Source: Nitrosopumilus sp. (lineage in GTDB: Archaea; Thermoproteota; Nitrososphaeria; Nitrososphaerales; Nitrosopumilaceae). From it: a stretch of 64,000 nt of DNA. The translations under genes were made by a program, and so were the position numbers. Location: the NCBI GenBank assembly GCA_965203315.1, contig OZ241857.1, forward strand, positions 96,001 through 160,000. Direction: 5' to 3'. Positions 20,867 through 31,533 of this stretch are shown one piece after another. Under the pieces are notes generated by a model. That model was not told where the DNA came from. It did no database searches and saw nothing but the letters and a program-made list of their open reading frames with translations. Each line of letters begins with the position of its first letter. The stretch's first letter is position 1.

Positions 20867-22084
20867 CTATGTTACTTCTTGCTTTTGTTCTTTTTTGTAT
20901 TCTATCTTTAACCATATTGGTGTAATGATGGTAGTTACTGCAACCATTATGACTATGGTTGAATATACATCTGAATTTAGTATGCCTTGTGAAATACCAA
21001 CTCCTGCGACTATTAATCCTACTTCTCCTCTAGAGATCATTCCGATGCCGACTCGCATTCCTTGTGCTCTGTTCTTCAAGAAAAAGATCGAAGGCAATCC
21101 ACACCCCAGCAACTTTGTTGCAATGGCTATAACAATTATTATGGCACTTATCCACAGTATGTTTAGATCTACTGCTCTAAGATCCACTTGTGCACCGACT
21201 ATCGCAAAGAAGAGTGGCGCAAATATTAATCCAATCTTTTCTGCATAGTGTTCTACTTTGTCAAAGACTTTTGCTGTCGATAATGCCATTCCAATCGCAA
21301 ATGCTCCAACTATGGGCGAAAGACCAAGCGTTCCTGCAAGAGCTGCGGCACCAAAGAAAGCCGCTGTGGCGATTCCTTCTACGCCCCCTTTTGCCTTCCA
21401 AATTCTTGGTGTGATTATTCTTGGAATTATTACCACAGCTGTTATTAGCATTGCAGCAAAGAATCCTAATACTTCTAGTATTGTTATTGTGACCTGGGTG
21501 ATATCTATTGATTCAACACCTGTTTCTGACGCTGCTATTGACGATACCACTGAAAGGACAGCTATTGCAAGTATGTCGTCTACAACAGCCGCACCTATTA
21601 TGAGTCTGGCTTCTGGCGTCTTTATCTTTCCAAACTCATTCAACACTTGAATCGATATCGCGATGCTTGTCGCTGTAAGTGCAGTCGCGATAAGCATTGA
21701 CTGTAATGCATCAAATCCAAAGAATTGGAGTACGAGTAACCCTGTAAAGAAAGGCACAACTACCCCGAGCGTTCCAACCGTAAATGATGCCTTACCTCCT
21801 CTAAAGAACTCTTTGGGAGTCATCTCGAGTCCAGCCATGAAGAGGATTACTACTGCACCCATCTCTCCTAATACCTTTATCTCATTAGTGATCTGTAACA
21901 GACTGCGTCCATCTATGACAAATAGTGATCCTAACGCAAACGGACCCACAATCATTCCAGCAAGCAACTCACCTAGTACTATGGGCAGCTTTAGTCTCAG
22001 GAAGAGTTCTGCCATCAATTTTGCGGCAAATAATAGAATACCTACCTCGATTATGGTCTCGATGAAATGAGTCTCTGCTGCCAT
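20867..22084 (-). CDS. Cation:proton antiporter (CPA2, NapA-like)
   Basis: Multiple TM segments; LFMAGLE, ATSIAI, AAVVDDI, MISRGEVGL. Confidence 0.93.
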   Translation of the reverse strand: MAAETHFIETIIEVGILLFAAKLMAELFLRLKLPIVLGELLAGMIVGPFALGSLFVIDGRSLLQITNEIKVLGEMGAVVILFMAGLEMTPKEFFRGGKASFTVGTLGVVVPFFTGLLVLQFFGFDALQSMLIATALTATSIAISIQVLNEFGKIKTPEARLIIGAAVVDDILAIAVLSVVSSIAASETGVESIDITQVTITILEVLGFFAAMLITAVVIIPRIITPRIWKAKGGVEGIATAAFFGAAALAGTLGLSPIVGAFAIGMALSTAKVFDKVEHYAEKIGLIFAPLFFAIVGAQVDLRAVDLNILWISAIIIVIAIATKLLGCGLPSIFFLKNRAQGMRVGIGMISRGEVGLIVAGVGISQGILNSDVYSTIVIMVAVTTIITPIWLKIEYKKEQKQEVT

Positions 22085-22788
22085 GATTGATTATGAAATA
22101 ATCGTAATATAAGAACTACTAGTCATGGTTATGCTGTGAGCTGAGATCTGATATGTTGAGATTCAAAATTTAAAGCGCGGGTGTTTTTAACTGGTTGTGA
22201 GTTGAGACCTTGCCACAACAACTCTTCAAAACATGATTAGTAAATCTAATGATCGACTGGTCTACACAAAAATATTGTGGCATGATGTTTGGATAACCTC
22301 GAGGATTTACACACAACGCTGTTCTTCGTCAAGATTTGAGGAACAATGTGGTGATATGTACAGATGGATACAATATGAATGAGTACTTTCACTCATAGTA
22401 TGTAGATTGGAAACATCTAGATGGTATCTGTTCAACTGCTTATCTGGATGTTGTCTTTAGACTTGTGACAGTATTGGCATATTTGAACATCTATGTAGAA
22501 TACATCTGAAGAAAAATATAGAATGTCAAAAACAATACCTATAGTTCATGGGCCTAAATTCTATCCAAATCTGAAGTCGAAAGCAATAGTGTGTCCAAAT
22601 CTTAGACAAGACTGTCAGAATTGTCTACGTTCTTGCACGAGTGAGGCATCTACAAACCTGTGACAAAACACAACAACTGTTTTTTATACGTCTGTCTTAC
22701 ATCAACTCTGACCTCTTTACATTCTACATACGCAGTGTGCAGATGCGCAAGCTAGACTTTAAATTATGTTCCAACTATGTCGTCACAA

Positions 22789-22920
22789 ATGGCGAAATGT
22801 TGCATATGTAAAATCGCTGATGGAAATCTAAAGATCAAGGAAGGCAATCCAAAATATATTGGAAGACCAATATGTAAGGAGTGTCAAGGATATCGCAAAC
22901 TCTTACAGGAGACGAAATAG
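22789..22920 (+). CDS. Small CxxC...CxxC zinc-ribbon protein (43 aa)
   Basis: MAKCCICKIADGNLKIKEGNPKYIGRPICKECQGYRKLLQETK; TTTAAA ~30 bp upstream. Confidence 0.7.
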   Translation: MAKCCICKIADGNLKIKEGNPKYIGRPICKECQGYRKLLQETK

Positions 22921-22922
22921 GT

Positions 22923-23162
22923 TTACTGTGATTTATGTTTAGATACCCAACTCTCGTACATCTTTATGAGATCATCGACATCACTATCGTTCTCAGAGTA
23001 TGTTATGATTACGCCAAAGACACCTTTAGTGTCATGACCTCGTGCAAAGTAACCCCAAAAATTATCTGGCAATTTTACAAAGTTATTGGCATCATGTGAC
23101 ACTCCGATCAGATTATTTCCTATAGTCTCGACTACCTTGACTGCATCTTTACTTTCGATCAT
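22923..23162 (-). CDS. Hypothetical protein
   Basis: 79-aa ORF downstream of aspS. Confidence 0.65.
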   Translation of the reverse strand: MIESKDAVKVVETIGNNLIGVSHDANNFVKLPDNFWGYFARGHDTKGVFGVIITYSENDSDVDDLIKMYESWVSKHKSQ

Positions 23163-23196
23163 GTGGCTGATTACAAACCTGCCTAATATAGTCGAA

Positions 23197-24483
23197 TCAT
23201 GGGCGTAATCTGTCAGGATCCCTGGGATACAAAACTACCTCACGTACATTGTCTAATCCTGTCAACACCGTCATCAATCTATCTAAACCCATTCCCCAAC
23301 CTGAATGAGGTGGCATACCCCAATCAAATGCTTGTAGATGATCTTTAAACTGTGCAGGATCCAGTCCTTGTTCGATCAAACGAGACTTGATCATCTCTGG
23401 ATCGTGTAATCTTGTGCCTCCTGAGGATAGCTCTAGATATCCATACTGTAGGTCAAAAGAACGAGATAATTTTGGTTCGTCATCTTTGGCTCTGATGTAA
23501 AACGGTTTGAGTGAGATTGGCCAATCTGTCAAAAAGAAGAATCCTGGATGATTTTTCCCGATTATTCTCAAGTGTGAGTCGAGCAGATCATCTCCAAACT
23601 CTAATCTTTGACCTGCACCTAACAGCTCAGTAATGCACTGTTCATATGTAACTCGCTCAAAAGATGACTCTGGCATACTGATTACGTGTCCGATCGCATC
23701 GATGTATTGTTTACAATCTCTGTTTACATCGTATATTACACCTCGTACAAGTGACTCTAGAATGTCCATTACATCGTCATAATCCATGAAAGCGGCCTCG
23801 ATATCAACACTAGTAAATTCTGATAAATGACGGCCTGTATGTGAATTTTCAGCTCGATAAAAGCCTGATATCTCAAAGACTCGTTCTAAACCTATAGTCA
23901 TCTGTTCTTTGTACAGCTGTGGACTCTGTGCAAGATATGCTGTCTTGCCAAAATATTCTAGTGAAAATAGATTGGCGCCACCCTCACTCGCACTTCCGAT
24001 TATCTTTGGTGTAGTTATCTCTATGAATTTTTTATCGACTAGCATCCTTCGTAGTGATTGTAACATACGAGATCTCATCTTGAATATGGCTGATGTCCTT
24101 TTGTTCCGCATATCCAATGCGCGGTGGTTTAATCTGGTGTCTATATTACTCTCCACCCTGCCTATTGGGTCTACAGGTAGCGGATGAACTGCACTTGCTA
24201 AAATCTCTATATTTTTTGCTTTTATCTCAAATGCAAAGTCTCGCGCTCTCGTCTCTTGGATCGTGCCTCTAACTAAGACTATACTCTGTCTGCTCAGATC
24301 AACAAGGTTGTCATTTAACTCATCCTTTATGATTATTTGAGCAATTCCTGTTACATCTCTGAGCGTTATAAATGACATCTTGCCCATCTTTCGATAGTCT
24401 TCGATCCATCCACCAAGTGTGATCTCGGAGCCGATACTATCTGGTGTAATATCCTCGATATCACACGTCTTTACGAATTCCAT
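23197..24483 (-). CDS. aspS: Aspartate--tRNA(Asp/Asn) ligase, archaeal type
   Basis: SEGGANLF, LAQSPQLYKE, YRAENSHTGRHLSEF, GMPPHSGWGMGLDR, YPRDPDRL. Confidence 0.96.
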   Translation of the reverse strand: MEFVKTCDIEDITPDSIGSEITLGGWIEDYRKMGKMSFITLRDVTGIAQIIIKDELNDNLVDLSRQSIVLVRGTIQETRARDFAFEIKAKNIEILASAVHPLPVDPIGRVESNIDTRLNHRALDMRNKRTSAIFKMRSRMLQSLRRMLVDKKFIEITTPKIIGSASEGGANLFSLEYFGKTAYLAQSPQLYKEQMTIGLERVFEISGFYRAENSHTGRHLSEFTSVDIEAAFMDYDDVMDILESLVRGVIYDVNRDCKQYIDAIGHVISMPESSFERVTYEQCITELLGAGQRLEFGDDLLDSHLRIIGKNHPGFFFLTDWPISLKPFYIRAKDDEPKLSRSFDLQYGYLELSSGGTRLHDPEMIKSRLIEQGLDPAQFKDHLQAFDWGMPPHSGWGMGLDRLMTVLTGLDNVREVVLYPRDPDRLRP

Positions 24484-24557
24484 ATTAATTACTCCTGTTT
24501 ATCCTCTGCACTTTGATTGTCTTGAGAATATCTAATAATTATGTGTAATCATGGTAG

Positions 24558-24715
24558 AGTTCTGTCAAGGCTGGCAGTTTTGTACAAAAATTCTCGGAAT
24601 CTTACAAAACATGAAATCTAGGTATCGTATATTGAAAGTTTTACCGAATCGCATAGTATGTGTTTCCTGAACTAACGTCACCTAGATCTCAACTCTTGCT
24701 CAATTAACCAAAGTC
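24558..24715. mobile_element. Degenerate family-B-like MITE
   Basis: AAAATTCTCGGAATCTTACAAAACATG...TAACGTCA...GATCTCAAC resembles the internal sequence of 57429-57605. Confidence 0.45.
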
Positions 24716-25086
24716 GTTCAAAGCAAATTCGAATGAAAAGAATACAATTTGACACAAGCAACATTTACAAATAGATCTAAACAGGAAATACAAACACAAG
24801 TTGTGGTTGCATGCCAAAATAGTATCATATTCGCAACTAGGCAAGATGAATTACAAATGCATAACTAAAGAAGATAGATTAATGAGATGAGAATTCATCA
24901 AAGTGGCTTAAACACAAAGTGTACATTCAACGGTCGTATTACAAAATTTCATAATGGACTTAGAAAGGCAGAACAAACAAGGTATCTGTTGCAACTGTTT
25001 CTGATTGTTATCACATGTTTACGCATGGATAACAGAGTCTAGAACCTGTCAAATAGATAAAATATTACTAATTCTTACATGTTGAT

Positions 25087-26358
25087 ATGGTTAATCGAAT
25101 GGGATTTACATCTGCTAGATTTACGCATGTCTGCAAGATACATGTATTCATAGTTATGACTATTGTCCTAGTTGCGTTGTGTCCACCTCTTGTGTATGGG
25201 CAGATTGAGCGTCCTGCATTCCAAGAGACTGCCCAGATCATTGTAGATGGCATCCAAACTAGTACAATAACTGCTTCAATTGTAATGCAGAGTACTGACA
25301 CAGATGAGATCAGAGTGCCTCCAGATCTAGAGCAACGAATTCGTGAGGAGTCGATAACTTCAATTGTTGTTACAAACCATGATAATTGTATACTGGGCGT
25401 TGTAGATAAATTGTGCATACTTGTAAATATACATGAACTACCTAACTCTGATGACATACAAGACGTTTCAACTGATATAGGATCCAGATTTATCGATGAC
25501 ATCAACGATATGTTTCAAACAGACGCAAAATTCCACTCTGTCTTTATTCATTCAGACGATCAACATAACCAAGCACTAAACACAACTGGTGTGGTATCTG
25601 GTAGAGGCACAATCTCTGTAGTTTATACAATGCCTAGAGAGGATACCTCTACATTATATCAAAAGATGACAGATATGTTACTATCTGATGCAATACGTGG
25701 CAAAGGAGGACTGTACGATGTGACAAATATCATGTCCAACAATCCTGACGCGATTGCAACATTCTCTCTAATTCCACTAGAGGCGAACTCACTGATGCAA
25801 TTAAAGTTATCTGTGATATCTCCAATTAATATATCTGAGACAACTAGGATCGATCCACTTACTCTATTTGGAGTCGATGAGATGAGCCGAACCAGATATC
25901 TAGATACGGGGTTTTATCAACTTAATTCACTAGTTCATCTAGTTGTACTATCCCCTACAAACATCTCTGTCACCGATATACAAGGGTACGAGATTCCTAC
26001 ACGATTAGTTGACGGTCAAGAGATTCCAACTAGTATCACAAAGCCCGGTTGGGTATTTGATTCCAGATCTGGTTCCAAAATTGAGGCCAAGTATCTGTTC
26101 GGAGATGAGGGCATAATCAAAAAGGATGATCTGGTGTTTTCCATATATGATCCAAATAACATATCTGATGATTTATCCGACGACACATCTAACAATATAC
26201 CCAACAATATGACCAATAATGAACTTGTCGAGTCTCTTGAACCGTCCGAGCTGGTAGACTCCTCTACTTTCTCAGAACAGTATGTGGTGGTGATTGTGAT
26301 TGTGTTGGTTGGGGTAGCAGCTATGCTGTTTTATCTCAAAGGATATCGTAGATCATAA
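25087..26358 (+). CDS. Secreted, C-terminally membrane-anchored hypothetical protein
   Basis: Signal-like hydrophobic segment; C-terminal TM followed by KGYRRS; true start may lie further downstream. Confidence 0.75.
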   Translation: MVNRMGFTSARFTHVCKIHVFIVMTIVLVALCPPLVYGQIERPAFQETAQIIVDGIQTSTITASIVMQSTDTDEIRVPPDLEQRIREESITSIVVTNHDNCILGVVDKLCILVNIHELPNSDDIQDVSTDIGSRFIDDINDMFQTDAKFHSVFIHSDDQHNQALNTTGVVSGRGTISVVYTMPREDTSTLYQKMTDMLLSDAIRGKGGLYDVTNIMSNNPDAIATFSLIPLEANSLMQLKLSVISPINISETTRIDPLTLFGVDEMSRTRYLDTGFYQLNSLVHLVVLSPTNISVTDIQGYEIPTRLVDGQEIPTSITKPGWVFDSRSGSKIEAKYLFGDEGIIKKDDLVFSIYDPNNISDDLSDDTSNNIPNNMTNNELVESLEPSELVDSSTFSEQYVVVIVIVLVGVAAMLFYLKGYRRS

Positions 26359-26916
26359 TAATAGTACAGCTGCTGCAAATACTGTCGTCCATTTGCCGTC
26401 CTTGTCGCCGCGAGCAGATTGAGTGATGTTTCTTGTCTTGTATATCTCTCCTGATATCTGCCACTGTTGTCGTTTCTCGTCCCAGTTCTTGTCTACGTCA
26501 AACGGAATTCCTAGCGATGATGCAAGCATTTGGGCCGCAATATCTTCAGCATAGTCTCCCGCTTGAGTCTCATTTTGACCAAATGATTCGTACTCTGAGA
26601 GATAACCATATCTGTTCGTATCTTTGGGCTGAGCTATTCCGACAGAAGCAGCACAAAGTCTATGCGGTTCCTGAGTCTGATTCTTGGAATATATGGTAAA
26701 GAGTATCTGACCCGGTTGAATCTGTTTCAGTCCCTCACATCGAGAGACGAGTCTAGCATTTGGTGGAAAAATGCTGGATATCAAGACCAGATTCGTTCCG
26801 GCAATCCCCGCATCTCGTAATGCATACTCGAAACTAGTGAGCTTGTCTTCATGGACGCCTTTGCCCTTTGTGAGAAATAGTTTCTTAGCAACGAGATCAA
26901 GCATTTCTAAATTCAC
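26353..26916 (-). CDS. pdaD: Pyruvoyl-dependent arginine decarboxylase
   Basis: SFEYALRDAGIAGTNLVLISSIFPP (SS cleavage site), YGYLSEY, WTTVFAAAV. Confidence 0.92.
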   Translation of the reverse strand: MNLEMLDLVAKKLFLTKGKGVHEDKLTSFEYALRDAGIAGTNLVLISSIFPPNARLVSRCEGLKQIQPGQILFTIYSKNQTQEPHRLCAASVGIAQPKDTNRYGYLSEYESFGQNETQAGDYAEDIAAQMLASSLGIPFDVDKNWDEKRQQWQISGEIYKTRNITQSARGDKDGKWTTVFAAAVLLL

Positions 26917-27173
26917 CCTATAGATTTATTATTTATACTCTAAGTTTGGGCGATTACATAATTCTCGCCGCAATATTATGTGTGAGTGCTGATCGCTTTT
27001 GTCGGTAGCGATTGACGGTTTTAGATAAAATTCTCTAAACTCACAAAATATTGAGATGATTGTTCACAGTCTGCCAAATTCATATTGTCGAGTTAAACAA
27101 CATGTGTCTCTTGAGATAGCCTTGGATCCATACCAATCCTCAAGTTAACGAAAGGATTTGATCGTTATCTGAT

Positions 27174-27392
27174 CTATCGCCTCTTCTTTTTTCGTTTGTC
27201 GGGCTCTCTATCTCGTTGTGTTAAGAAGATAAATGTAAAGAATGCTCCTAATCCTATATTGATTACACCTAAGAATGTAATAAAGACTGTTACCGTTGGA
27301 GATGATTGTAGTCCTATCATGATTCCCAACGAACCAGTTACGAAGAACATTCCCATGAGTATCTTCAAACGAATTGGCTGAACATATCTCAT
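27174..27392 (-). CDS. Small two-TM membrane protein
   Basis: Two hydrophobic helices and a basic tail DKRKKKRR. Confidence 0.65.
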   Translation of the reverse strand: MRYVQPIRLKILMGMFFVTGSLGIMIGLQSSPTVTVFITFLGVINIGLGAFFTFIFLTQRDREPDKRKKKRR

Positions 27393-27493
27393 GCTTTGGA
27401 CACTTTGTAGATTATTATAAATCATCTAAATCACTGGTCTTTACAAATGTGCTCGTAAACTATCCTCGCGGTACAGTTGGTCGTTATGAAAAG

Positions 27494-27610
27494 AATCTCT
27501 TCGGTTTACATGGGATAAAATTTTTACAGAAAAAGTACCATGTAGTTCTATGGGGAAAATTTAATGCGAAGCGTCTTGTAAAACACCATCTCACGTAAAC
27601 CAAAGAGATC
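27494..27610. mobile_element. MITE family A
   Basis: ATCTCTTCGGTTTACATGGGAT ... ATCTCACGTAAACCAAAGAGATC. Confidence 0.72.
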
Positions 27611-27675
27611 TCTAAAATCTTTATGGATAGTAGAACCAAATATTATGTTGAAACAATACGTAAACCGAACACACA

Positions 27676-27816
27676 AGACTGTATGCGCATTATTAAGAGT
27701 GCTCATGTCTCGTCATCAAACATGATAACAATGAATCGGTTTGCCTCTGGAAATTACACCTGTGTTTTATTGTACCTTAAAATATGCGTATGACGTAAGA
27801 AATACGCATACAGTCT
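27676..27816. mobile_element. MITE family D, 3-bp TSD ACA
   Basis: AGACTGTATGCGCATT ... AATACGCATACAGTCT flanked by ACA/ACA. Confidence 0.85.
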
Positions 27817-28074
27817 ACAATCAAAAGATTACACACAATCTTATTCGTACCGTGTCTTTAGACGTTTTCTCTCTTACAATGAACTAGCATCAAAAAAGAA
27901 TGAAATCAATCGGTCTGGTGTAGGATAAACAACTTTTCGGTGTAGCGATAAGAACAAGATGTATCTCTCCATGATATTTCTATACCTGCATCGAACTATT
28001 GATTTATCAAAATATATTGGACATGGTCATTATTTGTAAAACTTTAAACCCCTATGTATAGTTGTTATTTTTGT

Positions 28075-28148
28075 GCCAATGTAGCTCAGCCTGGTAGAGC
28101 ATTCGCTTTGTAAGCGAAAGGTCGTGGGTTCAGATCCCATCATTGGCT
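28075..28148 (+). tRNA. tRNA-Thr(TGT)
   Basis: GCCAATG TAGCTCAGCCTGGTAGAGC A TTCGC TT TGT AA GCGAA ... GTGGGTTCAGATCCCAT CATTGGC T; TTTAAA box upstream. Confidence 0.95.
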
Positions 28149-28199
28149 CATTCTTGCTGTCTGAACTATTGTGATAGTGTTGTGTATTGTTGATACGTA

Positions 28200-28376
28200 G
28201 GTTCTTTTAACTTAACGGGGGGTTAAGATTAAGTTGTAGGTATTTCAAGAAACGCACGGTATGCAACTTAAAACAGCAATAATCTACAATGGGTGATCTA
28301 ACCATTTTTCATGACTTGTAAAATTTTGAGAGAATGTTGCGTGAAAACTATCGACCCCCGTTAAGTTAAAAGAACC
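28200..28376. mobile_element. MITE, family B variant (177 bp), TA flanks
   Basis: Perfect 22-bp TIR GGTTCTTTTAACTTAACGGGGG / CCCCCGTTAAGTTAAAAGAACC. Confidence 0.85.
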
Positions 28377-28550
28377 TACGCCAGACTTGGAAAAACTGAA
28401 ATTATATTCAAAAGATTTGACTTGCCTCAAGATGTTTGATATGTTGTAGGCCATGATATTCTGTCCGACACATACTCGATCACGTGAGTATTTAACATGA
28501 CTGCGAGTCGATACGAATAAGTATATGTCCTACTAATCAAAGACAGCAAA

Positions 28551-29648
28551 ATGAGCTCTAATTCACCCAACGATTCCGCATCATCTTCTGAAAGTGATTC
28601 ACAATCTACTGAGCAGAATATACCCAACGATTCCGCATCATCTTCTGAAAGTGATTCACAATCTACTGAGCAGAATATACCCAACGATTCCGCATCATCT
28701 TCTGAAAGTGATTCACAATCTACTGAGCAGAATATACCCAACGATTCCGCATCATCTTCTGAAAGTGATTCACAATCTACTGAGCAGAATATACCCAACG
28801 ATTCCAACGATTACACGTCGCCCTCAGATCATGATCCTTCTGATGCCTCGTCTAACTCTCAATCATTCTCTGACAGTAGGAAAGACTCACAACCTCTAGG
28901 ACTCTGGATAGGGCTTATAGTTGCAGTAGGTGTAGCTGCCTTTTTTGCAGGCGCATACATGATAAACTCAACCTCTGATATAGTATCTAACCAAGATCTA
29001 GCTGACGCTCTAGCATCATTAGAGGCTAGAGTGATAGATATCCAATCTCAACAACCTACACAAGATGGAAACACCCCATCACAACCTATAGTTATCTCTA
29101 TTGATGATGATCCAATAATCGGTGATCCTGACGCGCCTATCAATATTATCGAGTTCTCTGATTTTCAATGTCCATTTTGCGCTAGATTCAATGCCGAGAC
29201 ACTACCACTTTTAATTGAAGAGTATATCGACAGCGGTAAAGTCAAACTAGTCTATAGAGACTTTCCGTTGCACAATATTCATCCCAACGCTGTCCCAGCT
29301 GCCGTTGCTGCAGAATGTGCTGATGAACAAGACGGCTTCAAGATGATGCATGATCTAATATTTGATAGACAGTCTGAATGGAGTGGTGTTTCAGTAGATG
29401 AGGCTGTAGTTCTATTTAGCACGTATGCCACTACCATCAATCTTGATCAAGAAGAATTTGATTCATGTTTGTTTAGTGGCAGATATGTTGAAGAGATTGG
29501 AAACGATCTGAATGATGGTCGTAGTTATGGAATTGATGGAACACCAGGATTTTTGATTGGAAACGATGATCTAGGATATGTCACACTATCTGGAGCTCAA
29601 CCATTTGAAGTCTTTCAACAGATCATAGATGCTCAACTAGGTACCTAA
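28551..29648 (+). CDS. Membrane-anchored DsbA/thioredoxin-fold oxidoreductase with Ser-rich repetitive N-terminus
   Basis: EFSDFQCPFC, YRDFPL, GIDGTPGF, GAQPF; one TM at ~aa 115-137. Confidence 0.92.
   Translation: MSSNSPNDSASSSESDSQSTEQNIPNDSASSSESDSQSTEQNIPNDSASSSESDSQSTEQNIPNDSASSSESDSQSTEQNIPNDSNDYTSPSDHDPSDASSNSQSFSDSRKDSQPLGLWIGLIVAVGVAAFFAGAYMINSTSDIVSNQDLADALASLEARVIDIQSQQPTQDGNTPSQPIVISIDDDPIIGDPDAPINIIEFSDFQCPFCARFNAETLPLLIEEYIDSGKVKLVYRDFPLHNIHPNAVPAAVAAECADEQDGFKMMHDLIFDRQSEWSGVSVDEAVVLFSTYATTINLDQEEFDSCLFSGRYVEEIGNDLNDGRSYGIDGTPGFLIGNDDLGYVTLSGAQPFEVFQQIIDAQLGT
28566..28805. repeat. Perfect 57-bp tandem repeat, 4 copies plus a partial copy
   Basis: Unit CCCAACGATTCCGCATCATCTTCTGAAAGTGATTCACAATCTACTGAGCAGAATATA = PNDSASSSESDSQSTEQNI. 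Confidence 0.95.
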
Positions 29649-29780
29649 CACTGCATATCACATATTCGATGTTAATGGATATCCATGTCCAACTACAAAT
29701 TATTTGAAAGTTTTATGCATAGTGTCTAGCATATAGACAACTTGAAAAGCTTTTAATCTCAACTACCAGTCTTGTTCATT

Positions 29781-31049
29781 ATGAATATCGTTGAGAAGAT
29801 TCTAGCTCGAGCAGCAAACAAGGACTCTGTTGCTCCTGACGATGTAGTATTCGCGAACGTTGACAAGGTGATGGTTCATGATGTGTCTGGACCAGGCGTA
29901 CTAAAGGTATTCGAACGACTACGCAAAGAAGGCATAGCAGTCGATAAGATATGGGATCCATCAAAGGTTTGGGTAGCAGAAGATCACTTTGTTCCTTCAG
30001 CCGAAAAGATATCGGCGCAAAATATCATAAATCTATCAAACTTTACTCGTGACTATGGAATCAAAAAGCACTTCAAGTATGGGATGGGACAGTACGGAAT
30101 ATGTCATACATTATCACATGAAGAGGCGATGGTTCTCCCAGGTGACGTATATGTTGGAGGTGACTCACACACAAACACAACAGGAGCACTTGGCGCGTTT
30201 GCGTGTGGATTGGGTCATACAGATATTGCGTACGTCATGTTGCATGGCAAGATCTGGTTCAAAGTTCCAGAGACACTCTACTTTAAGATAAACGGCAGAT
30301 TGCCAGATCATGTGATGGCCAAAGATCTCATATTGACAATAATAGGCGACATTGGTACAGATGGAGCAACATACAAGACCATGCAGTTTGGTGGCTCTGG
30401 AGTCGAAGAGATGTCAGTACAAAGTAGGCTAACTCTATGTAATATGACTACAGAGGCAGGAGCAAAGAGCGGTATAGTGGAACCGGATCAAAAGGTAGTC
30501 AAATATCTAGAGTCTCGTGGTGCTACAGATATACGGTTGGTACGTGGAGACGACAACGCCGAGTACGCTCAGACATTCGAGTATGAGGGATCTGAGATCG
30601 AACCAGTGGTGGCAAAACCATTCTCTCCTGAGAATACCAGTACTGTTCGCGATGTACAATCCATCGAACTAGACAAGTCCTATATCGGTTCATGCACGGG
30701 AGCAAAATATGAGGATCTCGAAGCTGCTGCACGTATACTCAAAGGCAGACAAGTAAAGATACGCACAGAGGTACTACCAGCATCCATCTCGATATATCGA
30801 CGTGCAATGGAGAATGGACTAGTCAAGATCTTTTTAGATGCAGGAGTCATGGTGGGACCTCCTACTTGTGGTGCATGTTGTGGAGCTCATATGGGAGTAC
30901 TAGCCAAGGACGAGATATGCATAAGCACGACAAACCGTAACTTTCCAGGAAGAATGGGTCATGTCGAGTCTAAGACATATCTCTCATCGCCACTAGTTGC
31001 TGCAGCATCTGCTGTAACTGGCAAGATTACTGACCCGAGGGATATATGA
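29781..31049 (+). CDS. Isopropylmalate/homoaconitate dehydratase large subunit, archaeal type
   Basis: GGDSHTNT, IGSCT, CGACCG, STTNRNFPGRMG. Confidence 0.9.
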   Translation: MNIVEKILARAANKDSVAPDDVVFANVDKVMVHDVSGPGVLKVFERLRKEGIAVDKIWDPSKVWVAEDHFVPSAEKISAQNIINLSNFTRDYGIKKHFKYGMGQYGICHTLSHEEAMVLPGDVYVGGDSHTNTTGALGAFACGLGHTDIAYVMLHGKIWFKVPETLYFKINGRLPDHVMAKDLILTIIGDIGTDGATYKTMQFGGSGVEEMSVQSRLTLCNMTTEAGAKSGIVEPDQKVVKYLESRGATDIRLVRGDDNAEYAQTFEYEGSEIEPVVAKPFSPENTSTVRDVQSIELDKSYIGSCTGAKYEDLEAAARILKGRQVKIRTEVLPASISIYRRAMENGLVKIFLDAGVMVGPPTCGACCGAHMGVLAKDEICISTTNRNFPGRMGHVESKTYLSSPLVAAASAVTGKITDPRDI

Positions 31050-31531
31050 TGCAAGGAACTGTAATACGATACGCTCAAGATAACGTTGACACTGATGTGA
31101 TAATTCCTGGTCAGTACCTCAAGATTCATGACTATGACGAACTAGCAACACATGCGATGGAGGGACTAGATCCAGACTTTGCTACTAAATCTGCGACCTT
31201 TATTCTATCTGGTCGAAACTTTGGTTGTGGCTCTTCACGAGAACATGCTCCTATAGCTCTGTCACATTCTGGAATAAAGGCAGTACTTGCATTGTCATTT
31301 GCCCGCATATTTTACCGCAACTCTGTTGACGGTGCATTCTTGCTACCTGTAGAGATCGACGAAGAGACATATGGTAGCATCGACGACGGCGACGAGATTG
31401 CACTAGATATCGATACTGGTACAATAACAAACAAGACCAAAAACCAGACATACAAGATCAAGCCGTTTGCTGACATAGTCGCAAAGATAATCGCAGCTGG
31501 TGGTCTCTTCAAGTATACGCCTGATGAGTAG
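31046..31531 (+). CDS. Isopropylmalate/homoaconitate dehydratase small subunit, archaeal type
   Basis: [30 protein letters not shown]. Confidence 0.9.
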   Translation: MMQGTVIRYAQDNVDTDVIIPGQYLKIHDYDELATHAMEGLDPDFATKSATFILSGRNFGCGSSREHAPIALSHSGIKAVLALSFARIFYRNSVDGAFLLPVEIDEETYGSIDDGDEIALDIDTGTITNKTKNQTYKIKPFADIVAKIIAAGGLFKYTPDE

Positions 31532-31533
31532 AT

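Noticed and set aside
24730-24970. Possible TnpB/IS605 relic
   Set aside because: Only vague resemblance in broken frames; not supportable without a search.
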